This document shows, one piece after another, positions 54,375 to 63,209 of a stretch of DNA of 64,000 nucleotides (position 1 is its first letter; every line of letters begins with the position of its first letter). The notes beneath the pieces are model-generated. The model ran no database searches, was not told the DNA's origin, and saw nothing but the letters and a program-made list of their open reading frames with translations. This stretch comes from Candidatus Woesearchaeota archaeon (GTDB taxonomy: Archaea; Nanobdellota; Nanobdellia; Woesearchaeales; GW2011-AR9): the NCBI GenBank assembly GCA_945861715.1, contig CAMAVK010000004.1:784-64783 (forward strand). The letters run 5' to 3'. The translations under genes were made by a program, and so were the position numbers.

Positions 54375-54683
54375 ATGGTGGGTGTTTGCAAAGAGTGTGG
54401 ATTGCCAGAAGATTTGTGTGTTTGTGAAACGATTGCTCGTGAACAACAGAAGATTACGGTCGGTGTTGAGAAACGAAAATTTGGTAAGAAATATACTATT
54501 GTTTCAGGTATCAAGAAAGAAGTTAATGTTGATGATATTTTGCGTCGGCTAAAAGCAAAGTTTGCTTGCGGTGGAACGGCAAAGACAGGTGAGATTGAAC
54601 TTCAAGGTGATCATAAGTCGCGTATGAAAGCGGTCCTTGTGGATATGGGTTTTCCCGAAGAAACAATTGATATTAAAGGTTAA
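54375..54683 (+). CDS. Translation initiation factor SUI1/aIF1
   Basis: Motifs CKECGLPEDLCVCE, LKAKFACGGT and IELQGDH. Confidence 0.97.
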   Translation: MVGVCKECGLPEDLCVCETIAREQQKITVGVEKRKFGKKYTIVSGIKKEVNVDDILRRLKAKFACGGTAKTGEIELQGDHKSRMKAVLVDMGFPEETIDIKG

Positions 54684-54719
54684 ACACGAGTTCAATGTGT
54701 TTTGAAAGTGAGTTATAAA

Positions 54720-54998
54720 ATGTTGAAGGTCCATCAAAAGAAAGATGTTTTGGTGGGGGGACGAACGCTTAAAGATGAACTTATTGGTTGCGCAATTGTT
54801 GTTGTGGAATCAGGAGTTTCATCTCTTGTTCATTTGCAGGGTATCGTGGTTGATGAGACGAGGGAGAGTTTGTCAATTCAAACAAATAATGGAATTAAAA
54901 TTATCCTTAAACACGATGTTGTGTTGCGGTTTAAAGACGGTTCATTGGTTTCGGGGTTGTCCTTGATTGGACGGAGCTCGGAGAGATTGAAGTATTAA
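54720..54998 (+). CDS. rnp1: RNase P protein component Rpp29 (Rnp1)
   Basis: Motifs ELIG, GIVVDETR and LIGRSSERLK. It lies in the expected position between SUI1 and S17. Confidence 0.88.
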   Translation: MLKVHQKKDVLVGGRTLKDELIGCAIVVVESGVSSLVHLQGIVVDETRESLSIQTNNGIKIILKHDVVLRFKDGSLVSGLSLIGRSSERLKY

Positions 54999-55093
54999 AT
55001 TAATTGTCTTTGATGATGATAATTTAAGTTAAGTTTAAATCAAACTTAAAAAACAAGATTTAAAAACAAAATAAAAAAAATAAAGGTATTCAC

Positions 55094-55498
55094 ATGAGAT
55101 CAGAAATCCTTGGCTTTAAAGCACCACAAAAGGAATGTACGGATAAAAAATGTCCGTTTCACGGTACTATTGTTCCTAAAGAAGAATTGTTTACTGGCGT
55201 GGTTGTACGTAAAGATGTTAATCATTCCGCAACTATTGAGTGGGCTCGTCGTAAATATGTTCCAAAGTATGAACGTTATGAACCAAGACGGTCTCGGATG
55301 AGAGTGCATAATCCTGCTTGTTTGAACGCAGAAATTGGTCAAGAAGTTGTTGCTGCTCGAACTCGACCGTTAAGTAAGACTAAAACTCACGTTATTATCA
55401 GTGTGGGTCATACGGTTGAAGTAGCTGAAGCAAAGGTTGCTGCAGCTAAGAATAAGTCTGATAAAGCGGAACAAAAGGATGTTAAAAAGAAAAATTAA
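55094..55498 (+). CDS. rps17: 30S ribosomal protein S17
   Basis: Motifs CTDKKCPFHG, VPKYERYE and RPLSKTK. Confidence 0.98.
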   Translation: MRSEILGFKAPQKECTDKKCPFHGTIVPKEELFTGVVVRKDVNHSATIEWARRKYVPKYERYEPRRSRMRVHNPACLNAEIGQEVVAARTRPLSKTKTHVIISVGHTVEVAEAKVAAAKNKSDKAEQKDVKKKN

Positions 55499-55581
55499 TG
55501 GGTTTTGATACCTATACGAAGATTATTAAAATTAATATTTAAAATCAAAATAAAAAAATAAAATTGCGAGCTGTTGATACC

Positions 55582-55983
55582 ATGAAAGCACTTAAAAGTC
55601 GGGTTACACGAGGATTGCCTTCCCAGGCGTATGTTCCTACGTGTGATAATTCAGGAGCTAAACTCCTTAAAATTATTTCAGTTAAGGGTTCAAAAACTAG
55701 TCGTGGTCGAATTCCGGCTGCAGGTGTTGGTGATCTTGTGCTTTGCTCTGTTAAAAAGGGAAAAATTGAAATGAGAAAAACAGTAGTTCCTGCAATCATA
55801 GTTCGACAAAGAATGGAGTATCGCCGTCCTGATGGAATGCGTGTTACATTTGAAGAGAATGCAGCAATTGTGTTGAAGGATGAGAAAGGAAATCCTAAAG
55901 GCACAATTTTCAAAGGACCAATTGCTAAAGAAGTAGCAGAGAGATGGCCTGCTGTTGCTAAAGTTGCTCGTATGATTGTATGA
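55582..55983 (+). CDS. rpl14: 50S ribosomal protein L14
   Basis: Motifs CDNSGAK, AGVGD and YRRPDGMRVTFEENA. Confidence 0.98.
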   Translation: MKALKSRVTRGLPSQAYVPTCDNSGAKLLKIISVKGSKTSRGRIPAAGVGDLVLCSVKKGKIEMRKTVVPAIIVRQRMEYRRPDGMRVTFEENAAIVLKDEKGNPKGTIFKGPIAKEVAERWPAVAKVARMIV

Positions 55984-56035
55984 GCATATTGGAATATAAA
56001 TTAAAAATATCATATTAAATATTAATGAGGAAAAA

Positions 56036-56539
56036 ATGGTAAAGTTTTCAACACATTGGAAGAGTAGCTCAAAACCTGGTAAGCAGCGAAAGTATAGGTA
56101 TAATGCTCCTCTTCACATTAGACAAAAACTAGTTCATGTTCATTTGAGTAAAGCACTTCATGAAAAATTTGGAGTGCGTTCTGCTCAGATTAAAGTTGGT
56201 GATAAGGTTAAAGTTATGCGGGGTTCATTTGCTCCACGTGAAGCGAAGGTTGAACGTGTTGATCTTCATCGAACACGGGTTTATGTTGTTGGGTGTGAGC
56301 GTGCTAAGAAAGATGGTAATAAAGTGAAGGTTCCAATTCATCCGAGTAATTTACTTGCTGTAGATTTAGATATGAGTGATAAGAGACGTGTTGCTTCGGT
56401 TACTAAAGCAAAGTCAGAGTCGACAAAGGTTGGTGCTAAGGGTGTCGTTGTTAAGTCTGCTGTATCTAAATCATCAACGTCAGTTGAATCCAAATCTACT
56501 GAATCTAAGACAACAAAAGTACGTGGGTCTACAAAATGA
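56036..56539 (+). CDS. rpl24: 50S ribosomal protein L24
   Basis: Motifs PGKQRKYRYNAPLH, GDKVKVMRG and IHPSNL. Confidence 0.98.
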   Translation: MVKFSTHWKSSSKPGKQRKYRYNAPLHIRQKLVHVHLSKALHEKFGVRSAQIKVGDKVKVMRGSFAPREAKVERVDLHRTRVYVVGCERAKKDGNKVKVPIHPSNLLAVDLDMSDKRRVASVTKAKSESTKVGAKGVVVKSAVSKSSTSVESKSTESKTTKVRGSTK

Positions 56540-57261
56540 AAAATCATCTAAAACGATTGGCCGCACCTAAAAATTGGGTGCTTGACAGACGAGTTACTAA
56601 ATATATTATCAAACCAAATGCTGGTGCTCATTGTCTTGAAAAAGGATTGGCTCTTGGATTTATTCTTCGGGATATTTTACATGTTGCTGAACGAATGGAT
56701 GAGATTAAGAAAATTCTTGCTACTACAGAGATTCTAGTTGATGGTGTTGTTCGACGAGAACATCGATTTATGGTTGGTCTATTTGATGTTTTATCCATCC
56801 CTGCTTTACAGAAACATTATAGAGTAGTATTGGACTCAAAGGGTAGAATTACTATTGTGGAAATTCCTGCTGCTGAATCCACAGTAAAGGTCTCTAAAGT
56901 TGTTGGTAAAAGTATTGTTGTTGGTGGTAAAGTGCAACTTCATCTTCATGATGGTCGAAATGTCTTATCTGATGTTAAAGTATCTGTAGGGGATTCGGTT
57001 GTTGTTAGTGTTCCTAAACTTGTTGTTAAAGAGGTATTGTCCGCTAAAAAGGGTATGTCTGTTTTCTTACATCAAGGAAAACATGCGGGTGATGTAGGCG
57101 TTCTTGAGGAACTTAAAGATGGATTAGCAGTGTATACTTCAGCTAACAAAACTCATGGAGCAGCTCACGCTAAAGTTAAAGGTAAAGTTATCACATCAGG
57201 ATCATATATTTTCGTCGTTGGTGCACAGGGTAAGCCTGTATGCACGGTGGTTCCTAAGTAA
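56536..57261 (+). CDS. rps4e: 30S ribosomal protein S4e
   Basis: Motifs HLKRLAAPKNW, GLFDVLSIP, LHDGRN and GKHAG. Confidence 0.97.
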   Translation: MKNHLKRLAAPKNWVLDRRVTKYIIKPNAGAHCLEKGLALGFILRDILHVAERMDEIKKILATTEILVDGVVRREHRFMVGLFDVLSIPALQKHYRVVLDSKGRITIVEIPAAESTVKVSKVVGKSIVVGGKVQLHLHDGRNVLSDVKVSVGDSVVVSVPKLVVKEVLSAKKGMSVFLHQGKHAGDVGVLEELKDGLAVYTSANKTHGAAHAKVKGKVITSGSYIFVVGAQGKPVCTVVPK

Positions 57262-57263
57262 AA

Positions 57264-57875
57264 ATGGCAAATACACAATCAATTACGTCTGAACAAAAGA
57301 CAACGGGGCAAAAGGCTGTTTCTACTGGGGCTAAAGCAGTTGGTACTAAGGCAAGTAGTGGAGTTGCAAATAGTATGCGACAAATTCGAATTGCGAAAGT
57401 AACTTTGAATATTGGTGCTGGTAAGAGTGAAGAACATCTTAAGAAAGGTGTAAAATTACTTGAGACTCTTGGGGCTCCTATTAAACCTGTTAAGACCGTT
57501 ACACAAAAGAGAATTCCTGGTTGGGGATTACGTCCTGGGTTAGCAATTGGATGCATGGTCACTGTTCGTCGTGAAATGGCGGAAAAATTACTTAAAAGAT
57601 TACTTTTTGCGAAAGGTAATCGGTTACCTGCGTCTTGCTTTGATACACAAGGAAGTTTTTCGTTTGGTATTCCAGAATATATTGAAATTGAAGGGATGGA
57701 ATACGATCCTGAATTGAAAATTATGGGTCTTGAAGTGGCTGTGACTTTAGATCGGCCAGGATATCGAGTTAAAGTTCGTAAAATTCGACCTACGCCAGTT
57801 GGTTTAGGACACCGAGTTACTAAAGAGGAAGCGGCTGTATTTATTGCGGATCGCTTTCATGTGGAGGTGTTCTGA
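57264..57875 (+). CDS. rpl5: 50S ribosomal protein L5
   Basis: Motifs KVTLNIGAG, GCMVTVR, SFGIPEYI and IMGLEVAV. Confidence 0.98.
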   Translation: MANTQSITSEQKTTGQKAVSTGAKAVGTKASSGVANSMRQIRIAKVTLNIGAGKSEEHLKKGVKLLETLGAPIKPVKTVTQKRIPGWGLRPGLAIGCMVTVRREMAEKLLKRLLFAKGNRLPASCFDTQGSFSFGIPEYIEIEGMEYDPELKIMGLEVAVTLDRPGYRVKVRKIRPTPVGLGHRVTKEEAAVFIADRFHVEVF

Positions 57876-57877
57876 AA

Positions 57878-58108
57878 ATGACGACAAGCGATTGGAAGAA
57901 GATGTTTACACAGTTGGACTTTAAGCCAATTAAGAAAGCAAAATATATCAAATTTAATTCACCTGCAGCACGATCATGTGGTCGGGCGCTTCGGAAATGT
58001 CAAAATTGTGGTCGTCTTGGCGCTCACATTAACAAGTATGGTCTTCATATTTGTCGTCAATGTTTTCGTGAGATGGCAGTTGGTCTTGGATTTAAGAAAT
58101 TTAGCTAG
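57878..58108 (+). CDS. rps14: 30S ribosomal protein S14 (Zn type)
   Basis: CQNCG...KYGLHICRQCFRE. Confidence 0.97.
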   Translation: MTTSDWKKMFTQLDFKPIKKAKYIKFNSPAARSCGRALRKCQNCGRLGAHINKYGLHICRQCFREMAVGLGFKKFS

Positions 58109-58196
58109 GACCTGAGGTATACGGATTCCGGGGACGGAATACCCGTACAAAACCAAAATAAAATAAAATAATGATGCAAAATCATGAGGATTCAAA

Positions 58197-58586
58197 ATGT
58201 TAAATGACCCGCTCGCAGCAGCAATGGCAAAGATAATGAACGCGGAAAAAGTAGGAAAGCGCGAAGTTGTTATTAGACCTACTTCGTCACTCCTTAAACG
58301 AGTTTTCGGTTTACTCCAAGAGCACAATTATATTGGTTCTTTTGAGGAAGTTGTTGATGGTAATGTAGCTGTCCTTCGTGTTAATCTCCTTGGTAATATC
58401 AATAAGTGCGGTGTTATTAAACCTCGATTTTCCACAAAAAGATTAGAGTATGAAAAGTGGGAAAAAAGATACCTTCCTGCTCGGGATTTTGGTGTGATTG
58501 TTGTTTCAACTCCCCATGGAGTTATGACTCATATTCAAGCTAAAGAAAAAAATACAGGTGGTAAATTACTTGCATTCTGTTATTAG
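58197..58586 (+). CDS. rps8: 30S ribosomal protein S8
   Basis: Motifs DPLAAA, INKCGVIKPRF, STPHGVMTH and GGKLLAF. Confidence 0.98.
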   Translation: MLNDPLAAAMAKIMNAEKVGKREVVIRPTSSLLKRVFGLLQEHNYIGSFEEVVDGNVAVLRVNLLGNINKCGVIKPRFSTKRLEYEKWEKRYLPARDFGVIVVSTPHGVMTHIQAKEKNTGGKLLAFCY

Positions 58587-58648
58587 ATGCGAATTCCTTT
58601 AGATTTCAATACAATAGATTAAAAAAATATACACATAGGTTACTGACA

Positions 58649-59194
58649 ATGAAAGAAGATATCATTCGAGAAATTCCTCTTATTAAGGGTGTTACTGCTG
58701 CATTTGTAAAGAATGTTTTAACGGTTAAAGGTCCAAAGGGAGAAGTTTCACGTGAGTTTGTTCATCCGCGTGTTCAAATTATGGTTGATGCGGAGAAGAT
58801 TGTTGTCTCTTCCTTAAAAGGGACAAAAAGAGAGAAGACTCAAGTTGGATCTTTTGAATCACATATCGTTAATATCCTTCAAGGGGTACAGGAACCACAT
58901 TTGTATAAAATGAAAATTTGCTCAGGTCATTTCCCAATGACAGTTACTACAGCTGGTCAAGAATTAATTGTTAAAAATTTTCTTGGTGAGGCTGTTCCTC
59001 GCAAAGTGACTTTTGCTAAAGGTGTTGATGTTAAAGTAACGGGAGCTGATATCGTTATTATTAGTTGCGATCGGGAATTAGCTGGTCAAACGGCCGGTAA
59101 ATTTGAACAACTGTGCCGTATCACAAATCGTGATCGACGTATTTTCCAAGATGGAATTTATATCACGCTTAAGGCGCACAAAAATACTGCTTAA
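58649..59194 (+). CDS. rpl6: 50S ribosomal protein L6
   Basis: Motifs VKGPKG, HFPM, NFLGE, GQTAG and DRRIFQDGIYI. Confidence 0.98.
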   Translation: MKEDIIREIPLIKGVTAAFVKNVLTVKGPKGEVSREFVHPRVQIMVDAEKIVVSSLKGTKREKTQVGSFESHIVNILQGVQEPHLYKMKICSGHFPMTVTTAGQELIVKNFLGEAVPRKVTFAKGVDVKVTGADIVIISCDRELAGQTAGKFEQLCRITNRDRRIFQDGIYITLKAHKNTA

Positions 59195-59204
59195 TGGTGT
59201 TATC

Positions 59205-59834
59205 ATGACAATAAAACAATTACTTTCACAACGAAATAAGGCGAAGAAACGAAAGCCTCCATTTGTTGATCGAGCATCGAATTATACTCGACGTATTAAG
59301 AAGCGGTGGAGATTACCTCGAGGTTTACACAGTGGAACAAGACAATGTCACAAAGGGAAACCTATTATGCCAAGTCCCGGTTTTGGATCACCTAGGGCAG
59401 TATATGGTTTAACTCGAAGTGGTGTGAAACCAATTTTGATTCGAACTGAGAAGGAACTTCTTGCAGTGGATGTTAAGACGGAAGCAGCAGTTTTAATGTC
59501 TGGTCTTGGTGGACGTAGTCGTGTTCGATTACTCACTCTTGCAACGGAGAAAAAAATTCCGGTACTATATGTTAAGGATGTTAGTGCTAAGATTACAGAG
59601 CTTAAAAATGCTGTTGCTTATCGCTCAAAGTCATCCAAAGATTTACGAAAGAAGAAGCAAGATCGTGAAAGTGAGCAAAAGCTTAAGAGTGAGAAGAGTA
59701 AGGAAGAGAAACAAGCTAAGGCAGCCGCTAGTTCGGATGCTGCTAAAAAGAAAGCTGCAGGTGCTGCTAAAACAGGCGCTGTTAAAGTTGAGACTGAAAA
59801 AGTTCAACCTGTTACAGGAGAAGAAAAGCAGTAG
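59205..59834 (+). CDS. rpl32e: 50S ribosomal protein L32e
   Basis: Motifs RWRLPRGLHS and PSPGFGSP...GLTRSG. Long charged tail. Confidence 0.95.
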   Translation: MTIKQLLSQRNKAKKRKPPFVDRASNYTRRIKKRWRLPRGLHSGTRQCHKGKPIMPSPGFGSPRAVYGLTRSGVKPILIRTEKELLAVDVKTEAAVLMSGLGGRSRVRLLTLATEKKIPVLYVKDVSAKITELKNAVAYRSKSSKDLRKKKQDRESEQKLKSEKSKEEKQAKAAASSDAAKKKAAGAAKTGAVKVETEKVQPVTGEEKQ

Positions 59835-59871
59835 GCGCTAAACGTTTATACTATACTATGAGTGATTAACC

Positions 59872-60402
59872 ATGAAACAAAAGAAAACCCTCGCAGCAAA
59901 GATCCTGAAAACTTCACCAGGAAAAATTCGTATTCAGTCAGGTGCTGAAAGCGATGTTGTTAAAGCTATTACCCGATCCGATATGCGTGGATTAATTGCT
60001 GTTGGAAAAATTTACGAAGTTGCACATTCACAACAATCTCGAGGCAGAGCTCGACATATTATGGAGCAGAAGAAGAAGGGTCGTCGAGCTGGTCGTGGTA
60101 CTAAGAAAGGTAAAAAATACGCTATTGTGCCTCGAAAGGAACAATGGATGGCGAGAATTCGAGTTCAACGAAAGTTTCTTGCTGAAATTAAGGAGAAGAG
60201 TCTTGTTTCGAAAGAGAGTTATAAGAACTTGTATGCTAAATCAAAAGGTGGCTATTTTCGTAATAGACGTCACATTAAATTGTATATTACTGAACACGAT
60301 TTGTTTTTAACTCCAGAGGGTAAGAAAGTATCTGTTGGTGACGATGGAGCTAAGGCTCGAGTGAAGTCGCTTGCTAAGGGTACTAAAAAAGTTACTAAGT
60401 AA
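59872..60402 (+). CDS. rpl19e: 50S ribosomal protein L19e
   Basis: Motifs AITRSDMRGLI, GRRAGRGTKKG, WMARIRVQR and KSKGGYF. Confidence 0.98.
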   Translation: MKQKKTLAAKILKTSPGKIRIQSGAESDVVKAITRSDMRGLIAVGKIYEVAHSQQSRGRARHIMEQKKKGRRAGRGTKKGKKYAIVPRKEQWMARIRVQRKFLAEIKEKSLVSKESYKNLYAKSKGGYFRNRRHIKLYITEHDLFLTPEGKKVSVGDDGAKARVKSLAKGTKKVTK

Positions 60403-60465
60403 ATAGTGGATAGTTATATTCACCACGAATAATCATAAAATCATAAAATAATGAGTGTGTAAACA

Positions 60466-61029
60466 ATGAAATCACTTAAACCAAGAACAGTTTATTATCG
60501 ACGAAAACGAGAACAGAAGACAAATTATCTTCGAAGACGACGACAGTTAGTAGGGGGTAAGCCTCGATTTGTTGTTCGATTTACTAATACTCGTGTTATT
60601 GCACAAGTAATTGCATTTACTGTTACTGGTGACACTGTTATAGCTGCAGTTGATTCCACACAGCTTGCCAAACAAGGTTGGAGTTATTCATTGAAAAATA
60701 CTCCTGCTGCTTATTTAACAGGTATTTTGCTTGCACGAAAAGCACAAAAAGCTGGTTGCACCGAAGCAATTTTAGATTTGGGATTCAAAACTCCGCTTAC
60801 TGGTTCCAAAATTTATGCAGTGCTTAAGGGCGCGCTTGATGGTGGTTTACAAGTTCCAAGTGGATCTGAAATTGCACCAAGTGAAGCTCGTCTTAACGGG
60901 GCTCATATTTCCTCGTATGTCGGAAAAGCTAAAGGAACACAGTTTTCACAATATTTAAAAAACAAGGTTCAAAGTGAACAAATGGCAAGTCAAGTTAAGA
61001 CACTTGCAGCGAAGTTAATTAAGGCTTAG
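60466..61029 (+). CDS. rpl18: 50S ribosomal protein L18
   Basis: Motifs RRKREQKTNY, RFVVRFTN, NTPAAYLTG and ALDGGL. Confidence 0.98.
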   Translation: MKSLKPRTVYYRRKREQKTNYLRRRRQLVGGKPRFVVRFTNTRVIAQVIAFTVTGDTVIAAVDSTQLAKQGWSYSLKNTPAAYLTGILLARKAQKAGCTEAILDLGFKTPLTGSKIYAVLKGALDGGLQVPSGSEIAPSEARLNGAHISSYVGKAKGTQFSQYLKNKVQSEQMASQVKTLAAKLIKA

Positions 61030-61165
61030 GTGTTGGTTGGTACATAAGTACTGATTGTGAATCATACATCTCAAGGTTTAAGAGTAAAATGAAATGTAAA
61101 AATTGAATTGAGTACTAAAAATAGAAAAAAATCAGATACAAAAATAAAATTAATTGGTCAAAAGA

Positions 61166-61942
61166 ATGGCAAAGATAATACAAAGAAAGGGAGCACATAC
61201 TGGCGAGCCAGAAGTTGGAATTGAAAAAGTTCCAGAGATGGCCAAAGAGTGGAAGCCAGTTACCGATCTTGGACGACAAGTAAAAGACGGAAAAATTACT
61301 GACATCGATCAAGTGTTTGATCTTGGATCGCCTATTATGGAGGCTCAGATTGTTGATAGCCTTGTTCCTGGATTAGAAGAAGATTTGTTGTTAATTGGTC
61401 AAGCTAAAGGTAAGTTTGGTGGTGGTCAACGACGAATTTTTAGACAAACACAAAAGAAGACAAAAGAAGGTAATAAAATCAAATTTACTACTCTTGCTGT
61501 TGTTGGGAATCGAAATGGGTATGTTGGTATCGGTATTGGAAAGAGTAAAGAAACTGTTCCAAGCCGTGATAAAGCTAAACGAAATGCTCGATTGGCTCTT
61601 ATTCGAATTCGAAGAGGATGTGGGTCTTGGGCAACCGATGCGCGGGAAGCTAATTCTATTCCGTTTGCTGTAACTGGTAAATGTGGCTCATGTAGAGTAC
61701 ATCTTATGCCTGCTCCTCCAGGAAAGGGTCTCGTTATTGAGCGAGAATGTGCAAAGGTTTTGGCTCTTGCTGGTATTAAAGATATCTGGAGTAGAACAGA
61801 TGGGCAAGCAAAAACAAAGTTGAATCAAGTTTATGCTCTTATCGATGCTCTTAAACAATTGTCCAAAGTTAAAATTCAACCGGGCGATGTGGCAAAACTT
61901 GGAGTTATTGAAGGTCGTTTGAGAGAAAATAAATTAAATTAA
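61166..61942 (+). CDS. rps5: 30S ribosomal protein S5
   Basis: Motifs WKPVTDLGR, VGNRNGYVG, IRRGCGSW, GKCGS and PAPPGKGL. Confidence 0.98.
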   Translation: MAKIIQRKGAHTGEPEVGIEKVPEMAKEWKPVTDLGRQVKDGKITDIDQVFDLGSPIMEAQIVDSLVPGLEEDLLLIGQAKGKFGGGQRRIFRQTQKKTKEGNKIKFTTLAVVGNRNGYVGIGIGKSKETVPSRDKAKRNARLALIRIRRGCGSWATDAREANSIPFAVTGKCGSCRVHLMPAPPGKGLVIERECAKVLALAGIKDIWSRTDGQAKTKLNQVYALIDALKQLSKVKIQPGDVAKLGVIEGRLRENKLN

Positions 61943-61998
61943 ATTTGTTAAGTAATTCAATATTCACAAAGGAAAATATCGGAGATGTATGATTTCAA

Positions 61999-62487
61999 AT
62001 GGCAGCAACAAAAACTAAAGAGCAGGTAAAGAGCGCAACAAGTTCAGTAGATGCTAGCGCAGCACCACGTGTTGCAGTAGTACTTGTTCGAAGTTGGTGT
62101 GGGGCTAATCCTGATTCGGTTAAGACTCTTGATTTGCTTCGATTACGGCGGAAGAATTATTGTGTTGTTGTTAAAGCAACTCCTCAATATATGGGTATGA
62201 TTAGGCTTGTTAAAGATTTGGTCACATATGGCGAGATTAATGACACTACTTTTGCTAGTCTTGTTGAAAAGAGAGGCGAAGATTATAAGGCGCCTCTTCA
62301 AGATAAGAAAGGAACAGTTAAATCGAAGGTTCTTGATTTTAATGGACGGAAACTTAAGCCATATTTTCGATTAAATCCTCCTCGGAAGGGTTTTGGGCGT
62401 AAAGGAGTTAAGATACCTTTTGGTGTTGGTGGCGCTCTTGGTTACCGTGGCGAGAAAATGAATGATCTTGTACTTCGTATGCTCTAG
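61999..62487 (+). CDS. rpl30: 50S ribosomal protein L30 (archaeal)
   Basis: Motifs TLDLLRL, VTYGEI, FRLNPPRKG and GALGYRG. Confidence 0.97.
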   Translation: MAATKTKEQVKSATSSVDASAAPRVAVVLVRSWCGANPDSVKTLDLLRLRRKNYCVVVKATPQYMGMIRLVKDLVTYGEINDTTFASLVEKRGEDYKAPLQDKKGTVKSKVLDFNGRKLKPYFRLNPPRKGFGRKGVKIPFGVGGALGYRGEKMNDLVLRML

Positions 62488-62564
62488 ATACGTTAGTGTA
62501 AGTATGTTACTTGCTGGATAGCATTTAAATTAAAAAAAAATTAAAATATTAAAAGGTTGAAATC

Positions 62565-63011
62565 ATGGTTGTTAATCGACAAAGGAAAGTAGCCAAATAT
62601 CGGGGACATAGTAACCACGGTGGTGGTATGAGAAAGAAGCGACGTGGTGCTGGTTCTCGTGGTGGTCGTGGTATGGCTGGTACTGGTAAGCGTGCAGGTC
62701 AAAAGAAGGCAGGTATGGCTCCAATGTTAGGTCGACTTGGTAGCAAGGGTTTTCTTCCTCGACGAGCAGTTATGAAAATTACCCCTATTAATGTTGCTTA
62801 TTTCACTCCAATATGTATTACTCGGTTGGTTGCTAAGGGTAAGGCAACCCAAGTTGGTGCGGTTGTTGAGATTAATTTGGGAGTGCTTGGGTATGGTGCT
62901 CTTTTAGGTACTGGGTCGGTTAAAGCGAAGTTGAAACTTCATGTTGCTCGGGCTAGTCCAAAAGCAATTGAAAAAATTAAAGCTGCAGGTGGCGAAGTAA
63001 TTGTTGAGTAA
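62565..63011 (+). CDS. rpl15: 50S ribosomal protein L15
   Basis: Motifs RGHSNHGGG, RGAGSRGGRGMAG, LLGTG and AIEKIKAAGG. Confidence 0.97.
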   Translation: MVVNRQRKVAKYRGHSNHGGGMRKKRRGAGSRGGRGMAGTGKRAGQKKAGMAPMLGRLGSKGFLPRRAVMKITPINVAYFTPICITRLVAKGKATQVGAVVEINLGVLGYGALLGTGSVKAKLKLHVARASPKAIEKIKAAGGEVIVE

Positions 63012-63129
63012 ATGATAATGAGGTATGCAGGGTTTTGCATATCTTTTTATATTAGTTTCATTTTTCTTTCTTATCATAATGGTTTATGTTCATACTGATT
63101 TATGTTCATAATAGTTAATCATCAGAACG

Positions 63130-63181
63130 AAACATAATAACTAAACATAATAACTAAACATAACAACTAAACATAACAATT
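63130..63181 (+). repeat. Four tandem 13-bp repeats aaacataa(t/c)aa(c/t)t upstream of secY
   Basis: Units at 63130, 63143, 63156 and 63169. Two inverted copies of the core (tttatgttcata) lie at 63083 and 63099. Confidence 0.9.
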
Positions 63182-63209
63182 AATAAAATCACATATAGGT
63201 GAATGAATC

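Noticed and set aside
63130-63181. CRISPR array
   Set aside because: The units are 13 bp and contiguous with no spacers, and there are no cas genes.
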